From positions 164 to 64,163 of the forward strand of contig JAGGWN010000109.1 in assembly GCA_021157415.1 (NCBI GenBank): a stretch of 64,000 nt of DNA, written 5' to 3'. Each line of letters starts with the position of its first letter. Position 1 is the first letter of the stretch. Made by a program: the position numbers and the translations under genes. The notes below the pieces were generated by a model. It searched no databases. It saw only the letters and a program-made list of their open reading frames with translations, and was not told the DNA's origin. The DNA comes from Bacteroidales bacterium (GTDB lineage: Bacteria > Bacteroidota > Bacteroidia > Bacteroidales > VadinHA17). Of this stretch, positions 1 to 8,901 are shown in pieces.

Positions 1-32
1 AAGCCTCTAATATAAAAAAAAAGACAGTTCTT

Positions 33-977
33 TTATCTGTATTTTTTTCCTTCATCAAAATACAAATCGAGGTAACTGTTATATCTCGATTCGGCGATCA
101 ACCCTTTTTCCACGGCTTCTCTCACGGCACAACCCGGTTCATGAGTGTGTGTACAGTTGTAATAGTTGCAATCTTTTGCCATTTTGAAGATCTCCGGGAA
201 AAAATGATAGATTTCATTTTTATCAGTATCCACCAGCCCGAAGCCTCTGATTCCGGGGGTATCTATAATATGTCCACCGAAACTTAAAGGAAACATTTGC
301 GCATAAGTGGTTGTGTGTTTTCCGGTTTGATGTGACCGGGATACCGGCCTTATCTTGAGGTTCAGGGAGGGTTCGAGTGCATTGATAAGAGATGTTTTTC
401 CTACCCCCGAGTTTCCTGAAAGCAGGGTGGTACGGTTTATCAAAAGTTCTTTAACTTTTTCCAGATTCTTTCGTCGGGGCACGGAAGTGTGCAAGACTTT
501 GTATCCAATATTTTCATAGATATCCGTCAATTTTTTCAGTTCATGGCTTTCTTTTTCCCCATACAAATCTGTCTTGTTAAAGATAAGGATTACCGGAATA
601 CGGTAAGCTTCTGCCGCTACCAGAAAACGGTCGATGAAGGGGAAAAGGGTTTTGGGTTTTACCAGAGAGGCGATCAGAAAAGCCTGATCAATATTGGCTG
701 CGACAATTTGTGCTTCATAGGATAAATTAGTTGATTTTCGTATGATATAATTTTTTCGTTTCCGGACATGGGTAATCAGTCCCGTTTCCCCCGAAGAATC
801 CGGTTCGAAAGTGACATAATCCCCTACTACTACCGGATTAGAGAGGCGGATTCCTCTAATCCGGAAATTCCCCTTGACGGCGCAGCGGAATTTTCTGTGA
901 TCTTCCGTTTCAACAATGTACCAGCGTCCGGTAGCTTTTGTAACTCTTCCTGTTTCCACCCTAAGAAGTTTCCACAA
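33..977 (-). CDS. rsgA: Ribosome small-subunit-dependent GTPase A
   Basis: 314-aa ORF with circularly permuted GTPase motif order: NKTDL (G4), GNSGVGKTSLINAL (G1), DTPG (G3). It ends in the Zn-knuckle CNYYNCTHTHEPGCAV and has an N-terminal OB-like region (GRWYIVE). There is no ATG at the 5' end. The codon at 975-977 is TTG, and an in-frame GTG lies at 957-959, so the exact start is uncertain. Confidence 0.9.
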   Translation of the reverse strand: MWKLLRVETGRVTKATGRWYIVETEDHRKFRCAVKGNFRIRGIRLSNPVVVGDYVTFEPDSSGETGLITHVRKRKNYIIRKSTNLSYEAQIVAANIDQAFLIASLVKPKTLFPFIDRFLVAAEAYRIPVILIFNKTDLYGEKESHELKKLTDIYENIGYKVLHTSVPRRKNLEKVKELLINRTTLLSGNSGVGKTSLINALEPSLNLKIRPVSRSHQTGKHTTTYAQMFPLSFGGHIIDTPGIRGFGLVDTDKNEIYHFFPEIFKMAKDCNYYNCTHTHEPGCAVREAVEKGLIAESRYNSYLDLYFDEGKKYR

Positions 978-1046
978 AGGTAGGTATTTTGTTGAGCCTT
1001 TGTGACGGGAACAGGAATAAGTCCGGAAATATTTGACAGGATGTTA

Positions 1047-2639
1047 TCAGAAAGGAAGGCTGCCTGTTATTTGCACGAGGATGATGATCAATACCATGGC
1101 AAAAGGATATACGGTAGCATAAGCAATCTGTGGGGCGTTGGATCCGGTCAGGGAATCTACGGCAGCCAGTCCGGGAGTGCTGGTCATGCCTCCGGTCAGG
1201 GTCCCCATAAGTTTTAGCGGGTTGATTTGGAAAAGCCGTTGTCCGGCCCAGGCTCCTGTAATCATCGGCAACAGGGTGATGGCTGCTCCGATAAAAAACA
1301 GCTTAAAGCCATATTGCTGGAAAGTGGCAGAAAGATGCTGTCCTGCGTGTGTCCCCACGGTGGCCAGGAAAAGCAGCAATCCGAGTTGTTTTAGCAGTTG
1401 TGTGGCAGCACCCGACATCGTCCAAATCACAGGGCCTGTTTTTCCGATGCCTGACAGGATCATGGCGGTAATTAATATCCCTCCCGTAAGGCCCAGACGA
1501 AAAGTGAAATTACCGCTAAAGCCGATGCTTATTTTTCCCAGCAAGACTCCCAGCACGATACCTGCCGCAACAGGGAAAAAATCTGTGTCCGAAAGCTTTT
1601 TATCTTCGTTTCCCAACAAATACATTATGTTTTTCATCTGACTCCGGGAACAGGCCACAATCAGTTTATCCCCGAACCGGATATGAGTGTCCGGGGAAGG
1701 GACAATGTCAATACCGCTTCTCCGGATCCGTGTTACCGTAGCATGAAAGTGATGCCACAGATTTAGTTCTGCCAGGGTTTTGTTGATAACCTTTTTGTTG
1801 GTGACCAGTACGGAGCGGACTTCATAGTCTTTTCCGAGAGGGATTTCTTTTTCTGTCGGGGGGCCGATCAACAGGCGGAATTTCTCCAATGATTCGGCCG
1901 ACCCTACTGCCCGAATAATGTCTCCTTTCTCTAGGTGAGTATCTACACCGGGCGTTATGGCCGTTTTCCCTTTTAATACGCGGGAAATATTGGCCCCGGT
2001 CATAGAACGGATTTTTAATTCTCCAATGGATTTTCCAAGGACGCTCTCGTTTTCTACTACAAAATTCTGACGAAGCACTTCCGGGTATTGCTCCCTTTTT
2101 TCATCTTCCAGCGCCTGTTCTGCTTTTTTAAGATCTATCTTAAAAATAACGGGGTAAAGACGGACGAAAAGGATCACTCCTAAAACGCCGAAGGGATATG
2201 CAATACCGTATCCGATGGAAGCCAGGGGAGAGTGTGTGGCATCAATAGCTGCTGCAAGACCGGGGGTGCTGGTGAGGGCTCCGGTAAACAAACCCACGGA
2301 CAGGCGATAATCAATTCCCAGTCCCCACCCCAGAAGAATCGCTGTAAGCCACCCGGTAATAACCAGTACAAGTGTAGTAAGTATCAATTGTTTCCCCTGT
2401 TTCCGGAAAGAAAAGAAAAACCCCGGTCCTGCCTGTAACCCAATTGTAAATATGAACAGTACCAGGCCGATATATTGAAAATCCTTCGGAACCAAAATTC
2501 CGTAATGGCCAAAAAACAGGGCCACAAAAATGACTGCCGAAGCATCCAGGGAAATACCTTTAATTTTGATATTCCCTAAAATAAAACCAAGCGCAATGAT
2601 CAGAAACAATACAAAATAACTTTGCGTCAGCAAGTCCAT
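1047..2639 (-). CDS. AAE-family (AspT/YidE/YbjL-type) transporter with two internal TrkA-C/RCK_C domains
   Basis: Two polytopic membrane halves flank two soluble repeats (VVENESVLGKSIGELKIRS... and VTNKKVINKTLAELNLWHH...), which is the YidE/YbjL duplication architecture. I moved the start to the ATG at 2637-2639 (MDLLTQSYF...), because the 38 upstream codons of the track ORF are not membrane-like and run into the divergent gene. Confidence 0.8.
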   Translation of the reverse strand: MDLLTQSYFVLFLIIALGFILGNIKIKGISLDASAVIFVALFFGHYGILVPKDFQYIGLVLFIFTIGLQAGPGFFFSFRKQGKQLILTTLVLVITGWLTAILLGWGLGIDYRLSVGLFTGALTSTPGLAAAIDATHSPLASIGYGIAYPFGVLGVILFVRLYPVIFKIDLKKAEQALEDEKREQYPEVLRQNFVVENESVLGKSIGELKIRSMTGANISRVLKGKTAITPGVDTHLEKGDIIRAVGSAESLEKFRLLIGPPTEKEIPLGKDYEVRSVLVTNKKVINKTLAELNLWHHFHATVTRIRRSGIDIVPSPDTHIRFGDKLIVACSRSQMKNIMYLLGNEDKKLSDTDFFPVAAGIVLGVLLGKISIGFSGNFTFRLGLTGGILITAMILSGIGKTGPVIWTMSGAATQLLKQLGLLLFLATVGTHAGQHLSATFQQYGFKLFFIGAAITLLPMITGAWAGQRLFQINPLKLMGTLTGGMTSTPGLAAVDSLTGSNAPQIAYATVYPFAMVLIIILVQITGSLPF

Positions 2640-2847
2640 GGTGCAATGTTTTGGGTTGACAAAAATAATCATTGTCTGATTATTAAAAAGATAAGAAAAG
2701 TCATGTTTGAAGCTTTTCAGCATTTTATGATTTGATTTGAGCCAGGGGGACATTCTTTTCAGTGGGCTCCGTAACCCGGCCTCTTGTCAGACAGGGGGAA
2801 AAATTGTACTTTTATATTTGGGGAAATTGGAAATAACTGGTTTTTTC

Positions 2848-3759
2848 ATGGAGGTACGTATTGTCTCTTTATCGGCCTGGGGAACGCAGGTGCTTTTAGA
2901 CCTGGAACTGGATCTTTGGATCGCAGGGTGCTCTCATGATGCACTTATTGTCAGCGATGAAATACAAAATATTCCGGTGATAACGACTCCTGAAAGAGAT
3001 ATCGTTTCACCAGATAAGTTTATACATTCCCATCCTACAATGACAGAAATCCTGCTGTCTCCGTGGAATGTGAAGATGGATCTTCTCAGAAATATAAGAC
3101 CGACTCACATTATCACGGAAGGAATGCTTAATTTATCGGGTTTGTCCTCCCAAGAAGCAGAGCAAATTCTTGAGCAGGACGGATTGCAGGGATGCCGTCT
3201 TCTTGATATTTATTCCATGTCCATAGATGATATTTTTGATGAAGTCATGATGATGGCCGGGGTATTCGGTTATGAAGACCGGGGGAAGGTTCTGGTGAGA
3301 GATTGCAGGAGGGAAATAACGAAGGCCCTTAAAAAGTACGGAATCAAACGTCACACTCCGGCAGTTGGGATTTTACGTAGATGGCCGTCGTTGCAGCTGG
3401 CCGGACGCTGGGTGTCAGATCTGATTAAAATAATAGGTGGGGCACCGTTGATCTACGGGGACGATTTATATATTTATCCTGATTTTTATTTTGAAAGAAG
3501 CCCTGACATTATCATCGGGGGAGAACCTTGGGCTACTTTGCCGGAAAATAAGGAAAAAATCAGATATCTTGATAAAAATAAATTGTTTTCTATTTTCACC
3601 TGCGACAAACCTCCCAAACAGTATGTTGTTGACGGGCCGGTATTCTATAACCGGAGCTGTACCGGACTTATTACGTCTTTAAAAATTCTGGGGGAAATAT
3701 TAAAAAATGATCCCAAAATGAATGAGAGAAAAGGAATATACTGGGATATAGCCGGTTAG
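2848..3759 (+). CDS. Periplasmic-binding-protein-like (BtuF/FecB-type) protein lacking a signal peptide
   Basis: The start was moved to ATG 2848 (MEVRIVSLSAWGTQVLLDLELD..WIAGCSH). That N-terminus resembles the IVSL.PS.TE.L..LGL.D.LVG.SH opening of class-8 substrate-binding proteins. No hydrophobic leader is present. The family assignment is by motif recall only. Confidence 0.4.
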   Translation: MEVRIVSLSAWGTQVLLDLELDLWIAGCSHDALIVSDEIQNIPVITTPERDIVSPDKFIHSHPTMTEILLSPWNVKMDLLRNIRPTHIITEGMLNLSGLSSQEAEQILEQDGLQGCRLLDIYSMSIDDIFDEVMMMAGVFGYEDRGKVLVRDCRREITKALKKYGIKRHTPAVGILRRWPSLQLAGRWVSDLIKIIGGAPLIYGDDLYIYPDFYFERSPDIIIGGEPWATLPENKEKIRYLDKNKLFSIFTCDKPPKQYVVDGPVFYNRSCTGLITSLKILGEILKNDPKMNERKGIYWDIAG

Positions 3760-3837
3760 GTCAGAAATAGTTTTTCATTTTCCTTATTTACGGAAATGCT
3801 CCACTCCGAAGTACTCCTCTGAAAATGTTTCCGTGTA

Positions 3838-5229
3838 TTATGGATTGGATGTATAGACCAAAGATCTCCAGGGAAATAACTGAAACGAACAGGAATCCCC
3901 TATTTCTGTAGTTTGTCCGGAAAAATATTCTGTAAAAATATCCTTTTGATCCCGGTAGTGGATGGTAACTTTAATTTTGTTGGAGGAAAGGTTCTGGATT
4001 ACAAGTACTTTATCAGATCCTTTCTTGCGAATAAAGGAAAATACCTGATCTTCTTTGTTGTTGGGAAGAATCTCAATTTTTCCGCCTGCATTTCCATTCC
4101 ATAAAGCTTGTTGTGAATGCTTCAACTGGATCAGTTGTCGGTAAAAAGGGCTCCAGGATGTGGTGTCGTTCCAGGGGATGGTATCTTTGTCAAAGAAACG
4201 AAGTTTTTTGTTTAAGCCGGCTTCCTGTCCCGAATAGATCAGGGGCATACCGGGAACGGTAAAATCAAGAATGGCAAAGGCCTTCACCCCTTTTCCATAT
4301 CTTTCAAAAACGGTTCCGTTCCAGGAGTTTTCGTCGTGATTGGTAATACAATTCAGCCGGTAAGCATCGGGAGGATATATTTTTTGCTGCCGGAGAAAAT
4401 AAGAGGATAAAGCAGAAGCATTATCTTTTCCCTGAGCGATGTGTTCGGTTAAGTGCATCAATTCCCAGGCATAATTCATATCGAAAGAGTGTTCCAGTAA
4501 AGCAGTATGTTCTTCATCCTCGGCCAGCATGAAAACGGGTTTGACAGATTGTAAGACAGAACGGGCAGAATCCCAGAAAGCCACCGGTATATGTCCCGGG
4601 TAATCACAACGAAATCCGTCAATATCGGTTTTATTTATCCAAAACTTCATATCATTGACCATAGCAGCCCATAAATGATGGTTGGAATAATTAAGCTGGA
4701 TCACATCGGTCCAGTCGTAGGGGGAGACAAAATGACCGGTCGAATCATGTTCATACCAGTCGGGATGAGTCTTGGTCCAGGTATGGTCCCAGGCGGTGTG
4801 ATTGGCCACCCAGTCGAGTAAGACATGGAACCCCATGGCATGTGCCTTTGCCACCAGATGTTTCAGATCGTTTATGCTGCCATATTCAGGGTTGGTGTGA
4901 ACATAATCCCGAATGGAGTAATAACTACCCAGTTGACCCTTCCTGTTTGTTTTACCAATGGGATAGATGGGCATGAGCCACAGAATATCCACGCCCAGCG
5001 CCTTCAGGCGTGGCAGGTGTTCCTCAAACGCACGGAAGGTCCCTTCGGAGGTATATTGTCTGATATTCACCTCGTACAGTACTGCTTTTCTGCTCCATTC
5101 CGGATGTTGCACGGTGGTCCGGAAGGGCTGATCTCTCACTTTTTTTGCGGTCGGATGACAGGAAACGAACAGTAGGGATAAAGTAACAGAAACAGCATAC
5201 AGGACTTTTTTCAAATCATTTGTTTTCAT
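3838..5229 (-). CDS. GH13 alpha-amylase family lipoprotein
   Basis: Lipobox LSLLFVSC. GH13 conserved regions are present: VLLDWVANHTA (region I), DGFRCDYPGHIP (II, nucleophile Asp), FMLAEDEE (III, acid/base Glu) and ITNHDENS (IV). Confidence 0.85.
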   Translation of the reverse strand: MKTNDLKKVLYAVSVTLSLLFVSCHPTAKKVRDQPFRTTVQHPEWSRKAVLYEVNIRQYTSEGTFRAFEEHLPRLKALGVDILWLMPIYPIGKTNRKGQLGSYYSIRDYVHTNPEYGSINDLKHLVAKAHAMGFHVLLDWVANHTAWDHTWTKTHPDWYEHDSTGHFVSPYDWTDVIQLNYSNHHLWAAMVNDMKFWINKTDIDGFRCDYPGHIPVAFWDSARSVLQSVKPVFMLAEDEEHTALLEHSFDMNYAWELMHLTEHIAQGKDNASALSSYFLRQQKIYPPDAYRLNCITNHDENSWNGTVFERYGKGVKAFAILDFTVPGMPLIYSGQEAGLNKKLRFFDKDTIPWNDTTSWSPFYRQLIQLKHSQQALWNGNAGGKIEILPNNKEDQVFSFIRKKGSDKVLVIQNLSSNKIKVTIHYRDQKDIFTEYFSGQTTEIGDSCSFQLFPWRSLVYTSNP

Positions 5230-5370
5230 GAGACGCAGGATTCATTAAAAAAATAAAAATAGGCAAAATTTTTTGTATTTTGACGAATTTTTTTCTTTTG
5301 CCGCTTTATCTGCCGAAGCCTTGCTAAAGGCGAATATTGTCTAGTGGAAGCTCCGGGAAAGAGAGGCAGT

Positions 5371-5415
5371 AAAACAAGAAAAACCGGACCTATAAGATCC
5401 GGTTTTTCTTGTTTT
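5371..5415 (-). terminator. Rho-independent terminator downstream of fbaA
   Basis: Perfect 18-bp stem (5371-5388 pairs with 5398-5415) with a 9-nt loop. The 3' arm on the minus strand ends in UUUUUCUUGUUUU. It lies 14 nt after the fbaA stop codon. Confidence 0.7.
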
Positions 5416-5428
5416 ATTCTGTATTGTC

Positions 5429-6502
5429 TCAACCCAGGCGGTTGATGGCATTGAGGTCCTCAAAGGCTTCGGTGAGTCGTTTGACGAATTGTTCTTCGCC
5501 GGTGCGCAGCCATTTCCGGGGATCGTAGTATTTCTTGTTGGGCTTATCCTCTCCTTCAGGGTTGCCGATTTGGGCCTGCAGATAATCTTTATACTGCTCG
5601 TAATAACCCTTTACACCGCTCCAGAAAGCCCACTGCATATCCGTATCCAGGTTCATCTTAATGACCCCGTAAGAGATAGCTTCCTTGATCTTCGATTTTT
5701 CGGAACCCGAACCTCCGTGGAAAACAAAATTCACGGGTTTTTCGCCGGTATTGTATTTTTTTTGAATGTATTCCTGCGAATTTTTCAGTATTACCGGTTC
5801 CAGATGGACATTTCCCGGTTTATAAACCCCGTGAACATTCCCAAAAGAAGCAGCAATGGTAAAACGGTCGCTGATCTTTTTAAGCTCTTCATAAGCGAGG
5901 GCGACGTCTTCCGGCTGAGTGTACATCTTGGCATTGTCCACACCGGTATGATCCACACCATCTTCTTCTCCGCCAGTGACGCCCAGCTCTATTTCCAGGG
6001 TCATGCCGATGCGGCTCATTCTCTCAAGATATTTTCTGCTGATCTCAATGTTTTTTTCGAGCGGTTCTACCGAGAGGTCCAGCATATGAGAGCTGAACAA
6101 CGGTTTGCCGTGGTCTTTGTAATACTTTTCTCCGTAATCCAGCATGCCGTCCACCCAGGGAAGCAGTTTTTTTGCACAATGGTCGGTATGCAGGATCACG
6201 GGTATGCCGTAATGTTCAGCCAGCAGATGCACATGTTGTGCACCGGAAACCGAGCCGAGAACAGCTCCGGTCTGTCCTTCAACAGGAAGGCCTTTCCCTG
6301 CATAGAATGCGCCACCTCCGTTAGAGAACTGAATGATCACCGGAGAGTTGATCTTGGCAGCCGTTTCCATAACAGCATTGACAGAATTTGTTCCTACCAC
6401 ATTGACGGCAGGTATTGCAAAATTGTTGGTTTTTGCGTAGTTGAACAGTTCGGTAACCTCGTCACCGAAAAGCACGCCTGCTCTGAATTTTTTTTGTCCC
6501 AT
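5429..6502 (-). CDS. fbaA: Class II fructose-1,6-bisphosphate aldolase
   Basis: 357-aa ORF with characteristic class IIa strings: IPAVNVVGTNSVNAVMETA, SPVIIQFSNGG, LHTDHC, LEIELG.TGGEEDGVD, FGNVHGVYKPGNV and FVFHGGSGS. Confidence 0.95.
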   Translation of the reverse strand: MGQKKFRAGVLFGDEVTELFNYAKTNNFAIPAVNVVGTNSVNAVMETAAKINSPVIIQFSNGGGAFYAGKGLPVEGQTGAVLGSVSGAQHVHLLAEHYGIPVILHTDHCAKKLLPWVDGMLDYGEKYYKDHGKPLFSSHMLDLSVEPLEKNIEISRKYLERMSRIGMTLEIELGVTGGEEDGVDHTGVDNAKMYTQPEDVALAYEELKKISDRFTIAASFGNVHGVYKPGNVHLEPVILKNSQEYIQKKYNTGEKPVNFVFHGGSGSEKSKIKEAISYGVIKMNLDTDMQWAFWSGVKGYYEQYKDYLQAQIGNPEGEDKPNKKYYDPRKWLRTGEEQFVKRLTEAFEDLNAINRLG

Positions 6503-6581
6503 AATCTTATTGTTTAATAATACATTTGCTCATTGCGCCGTAAAAGTAAAAATAAAAGCGCTAAAAAAGCAGTCCTAAGTA

Positions 6582-8897
6582 TTATTTAGTTGGTATTGAT
6601 ACTTTTTCTTCCGGCGATATTGAATATTTATCAGCATAAATATACACCGGCAAAGTGTTGGCTCCCTGATGTTCAATGGTTATTTCCTGCTGAGAGACCG
6701 TAAAGCGGAAAATATGATTATGAAACCGGATTTGAAATTCGTAGGACACCCATTGCGGGGGAATACGGGGTTCAAGATAAAGGTTCCGGTTACGTATTTT
6801 CAGTCCGGCAAAACCTTCAACCAGTGCCAGCCAGGTGCCGGCCATACTGGTAATATGCAATCCCTCGGAAACTTCTTTGTTATAGTCATCCAGATCGAGG
6901 CGGGAAGTACGCAGATACAGGGCGTAAGCTTTTTCAAGATTACCGGTACGGGATGCCAGGACAGAATGTACGCAGGGAGAGAGCGAAGACTCATGAACCG
7001 TTCTGGGCTCGTAGAAGGAGAAATTGCGTTTTACCGTATCGCGGTCAAAATGTTCCTCAAAGAAATAAAGACCCTGCAACACATCTGCCTGTTTTATGAA
7101 ACAGGATCGCAGAATGCGGTCCCAGGACCAATGCTGGTTCAGGGGAAGTATGGCGGGATCAAGTTGATCAACGGTAATTTGCTCCTTGTCCAGATAGCCA
7201 TCCTGCTGCAGAAAGATGCCCTTTTCCTGATCCTCCGGAAAATACATTTTTTCAGCAATTTCTTTCCAACGGCTTATCTCTTCTTTTTCTCTAAAACGGA
7301 CTTTCTCTATCAACTTTTTCCATTTGTCCGGAGCATCCTGTTTGATCTTTTCAACGGATTCGAGAGAGAACAAAAGGGTCCAGCGGGCGATGTAATTGGT
7401 ATACCAGTTGTTGTTCACATTGTTTTCGTATTCATTGGGTCCTGTAACTCCCAGGATCACATATTTATGCCTGGGCTCTGAATAATTAACCCGTTGGCTC
7501 CAGAACCGTGATAGGGCGATTAATACCTCCAGGCCGTAATCAAAGAGATAGTCGTAGCGTCCAGTATAGTTGATATATTTGTGAATAGCGTATGCGATGG
7601 CTCCGTTCCGGTGGATTTCTTCAAAGGTGATCTCCCATTCGTTGTGACATTCTTCCCCGTTCATCGTAACCATTGGGTAGAGCGCTGCCCCGTCGATAAA
7701 GCCAAGTTTTCCGGCGTTGTCAATAGCTTTGGGCAGATGGCGGTACCTGTATAACAAGAGGTTACGGGCAATCTCTCTTTTTCCGGAATAAAGATAAAAA
7801 GGAAAAGCGAATGCCTCGGTGTCCCAATAGGTGCTTCCGCCGTATTTTTCTCCGGTGAAGCCTTTGGGACCGATGTTCAGGCGTTCATCTTTGCCGGTAT
7901 AGGTTTGATGAAGCTGGAAAATATTAAACCGTATGCCCTGTTGTGCCGCCAGATCGCCATGGATCAAAAAATCTTTTTCTTTCCAGATGGCTGCCCATGC
8001 TTCTTGGTGGGATATCAGCATCTCTTCAAAACCGGTTTTAACAGCTTCCTGTAATTTATTTTGGGTTGCGTGTATAAGTTGTTCCGGCGAATAATATAAG
8101 GAAGAAAGTATCGCGGCAAACTTGTACAGGATCACCTCATTCCCTTTGTCAGCCATGACGGTAAGATTTTTCTCCAGGTATTTGGGCCGGCGGGTCCAGG
8201 TCTTCTCATGCAATACCTGACTGCCGTCAATCCAAGCATGACAGGTGATTCCCGTAGCTACCCTGAAGTCCAGCTTTTTGGTTTTTACCTGTATGATGCC
8301 GGAGTTGTCATTTGCCCATTGATCTTCTTCTTCCCAAAATTTTTCCCCGTAATTGGATTCTTCGTTTTTAACGTCAGCATCCAGATATGGAGCCAGAGAA
8401 ATGTTTGCCGGTCCTGAGAGCGGACGAAGCATGTACCTGATGGCTCCTGTTTCATCATCAGCCATACTGAGAAAACGGACCACAGATATTTCAACATCAG
8501 TATTTTCGGGGAAATGAGCTGTAAAAGATCGCTTTAATGTTCCCTCTTTCATGTCCAGAATACGTCGGAAGCCGGAAACCGGTATTTTTGCAAGATCCAA
8601 GGGAGTTCCATTTATCTTGATATGAATTCCTATCCAGTTTGGGGCATTGAGGATTTTGGCAAAGTATTCGGGATAACCGTTTTTCCACCATCCCACCTTT
8701 GTTTTATCCGGATAATAAATCCCTGCCAGATAATGTCCCTGCAGCGTGTCTCCCGAGAAATCTTCTTCAAAATTACCCCGCTGGCCCATTTTCCCGTTTC
8801 CGATGCTGAAAATACTTTCCGAAGCGCGGTTGTGTTCCGTTTCAAAGCCTTCTTCTATGATTTTCCATGCGTCAGGTTTAAACCGTTGGTGATTCAT
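6582..8897 (-). CDS. GH65 disaccharide phosphorylase (maltose/kojibiose phosphorylase type)
   Basis: About 770 aa with the GH65 N-terminal beta-sandwich, the (alpha/alpha)6 core (GFTGEKYGGSTYWDTEAF, GVTGPNEYENNVNNNWYTN) and a C-terminal domain. I moved the start to ATG 8895-8897 (MNHQRFKPDAWKI...), 4 nt after the upstream transporter stop, which suggests an operon. Confidence 0.85.
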   Translation of the reverse strand: MNHQRFKPDAWKIIEEGFETEHNRASESIFSIGNGKMGQRGNFEEDFSGDTLQGHYLAGIYYPDKTKVGWWKNGYPEYFAKILNAPNWIGIHIKINGTPLDLAKIPVSGFRRILDMKEGTLKRSFTAHFPENTDVEISVVRFLSMADDETGAIRYMLRPLSGPANISLAPYLDADVKNEESNYGEKFWEEEDQWANDNSGIIQVKTKKLDFRVATGITCHAWIDGSQVLHEKTWTRRPKYLEKNLTVMADKGNEVILYKFAAILSSLYYSPEQLIHATQNKLQEAVKTGFEEMLISHQEAWAAIWKEKDFLIHGDLAAQQGIRFNIFQLHQTYTGKDERLNIGPKGFTGEKYGGSTYWDTEAFAFPFYLYSGKREIARNLLLYRYRHLPKAIDNAGKLGFIDGAALYPMVTMNGEECHNEWEITFEEIHRNGAIAYAIHKYINYTGRYDYLFDYGLEVLIALSRFWSQRVNYSEPRHKYVILGVTGPNEYENNVNNNWYTNYIARWTLLFSLESVEKIKQDAPDKWKKLIEKVRFREKEEISRWKEIAEKMYFPEDQEKGIFLQQDGYLDKEQITVDQLDPAILPLNQHWSWDRILRSCFIKQADVLQGLYFFEEHFDRDTVKRNFSFYEPRTVHESSLSPCVHSVLASRTGNLEKAYALYLRTSRLDLDDYNKEVSEGLHITSMAGTWLALVEGFAGLKIRNRNLYLEPRIPPQWVSYEFQIRFHNHIFRFTVSQQEITIEHQGANTLPVYIYADKYSISPEEKVSIPTK

Positions 8898-8901
8898 TCT
8901 T

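Noticed and set aside
2640-2753. N-terminal extensions offered by the ORF track (also 8898-8948, 13557-13583, 15118-15171, 25508-25531, 33060-33101, 33175-33210)
   Set aside because: In each case an internal ATG gives a canonical N-terminus: a signal peptide, a first TM helix, or the family-typical start. The upstream codons overlap neighbouring genes or promoter DNA, and several of the track starts are non-ATG.
5226-5432. 68-aa minus-strand ORF between fbaA and the GH13 gene
   Set aside because: It covers the 18-bp-stem terminator and promoter DNA. The Lys/Arg/Gln-rich translation is an artefact of A/T runs.
5489-6517. 342-aa ORF on the plus strand
   Set aside because: It is entirely antisense to the strongly supported fbaA gene. 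The translation is low-complexity with no recognisable motifs, so it is a shadow ORF of a highly expressed, codon-biased gene.
6669-7481. 270-aa ORF on the plus strand
   Set aside because: It is antisense to the GH65 phosphorylase and has no motifs or signal.
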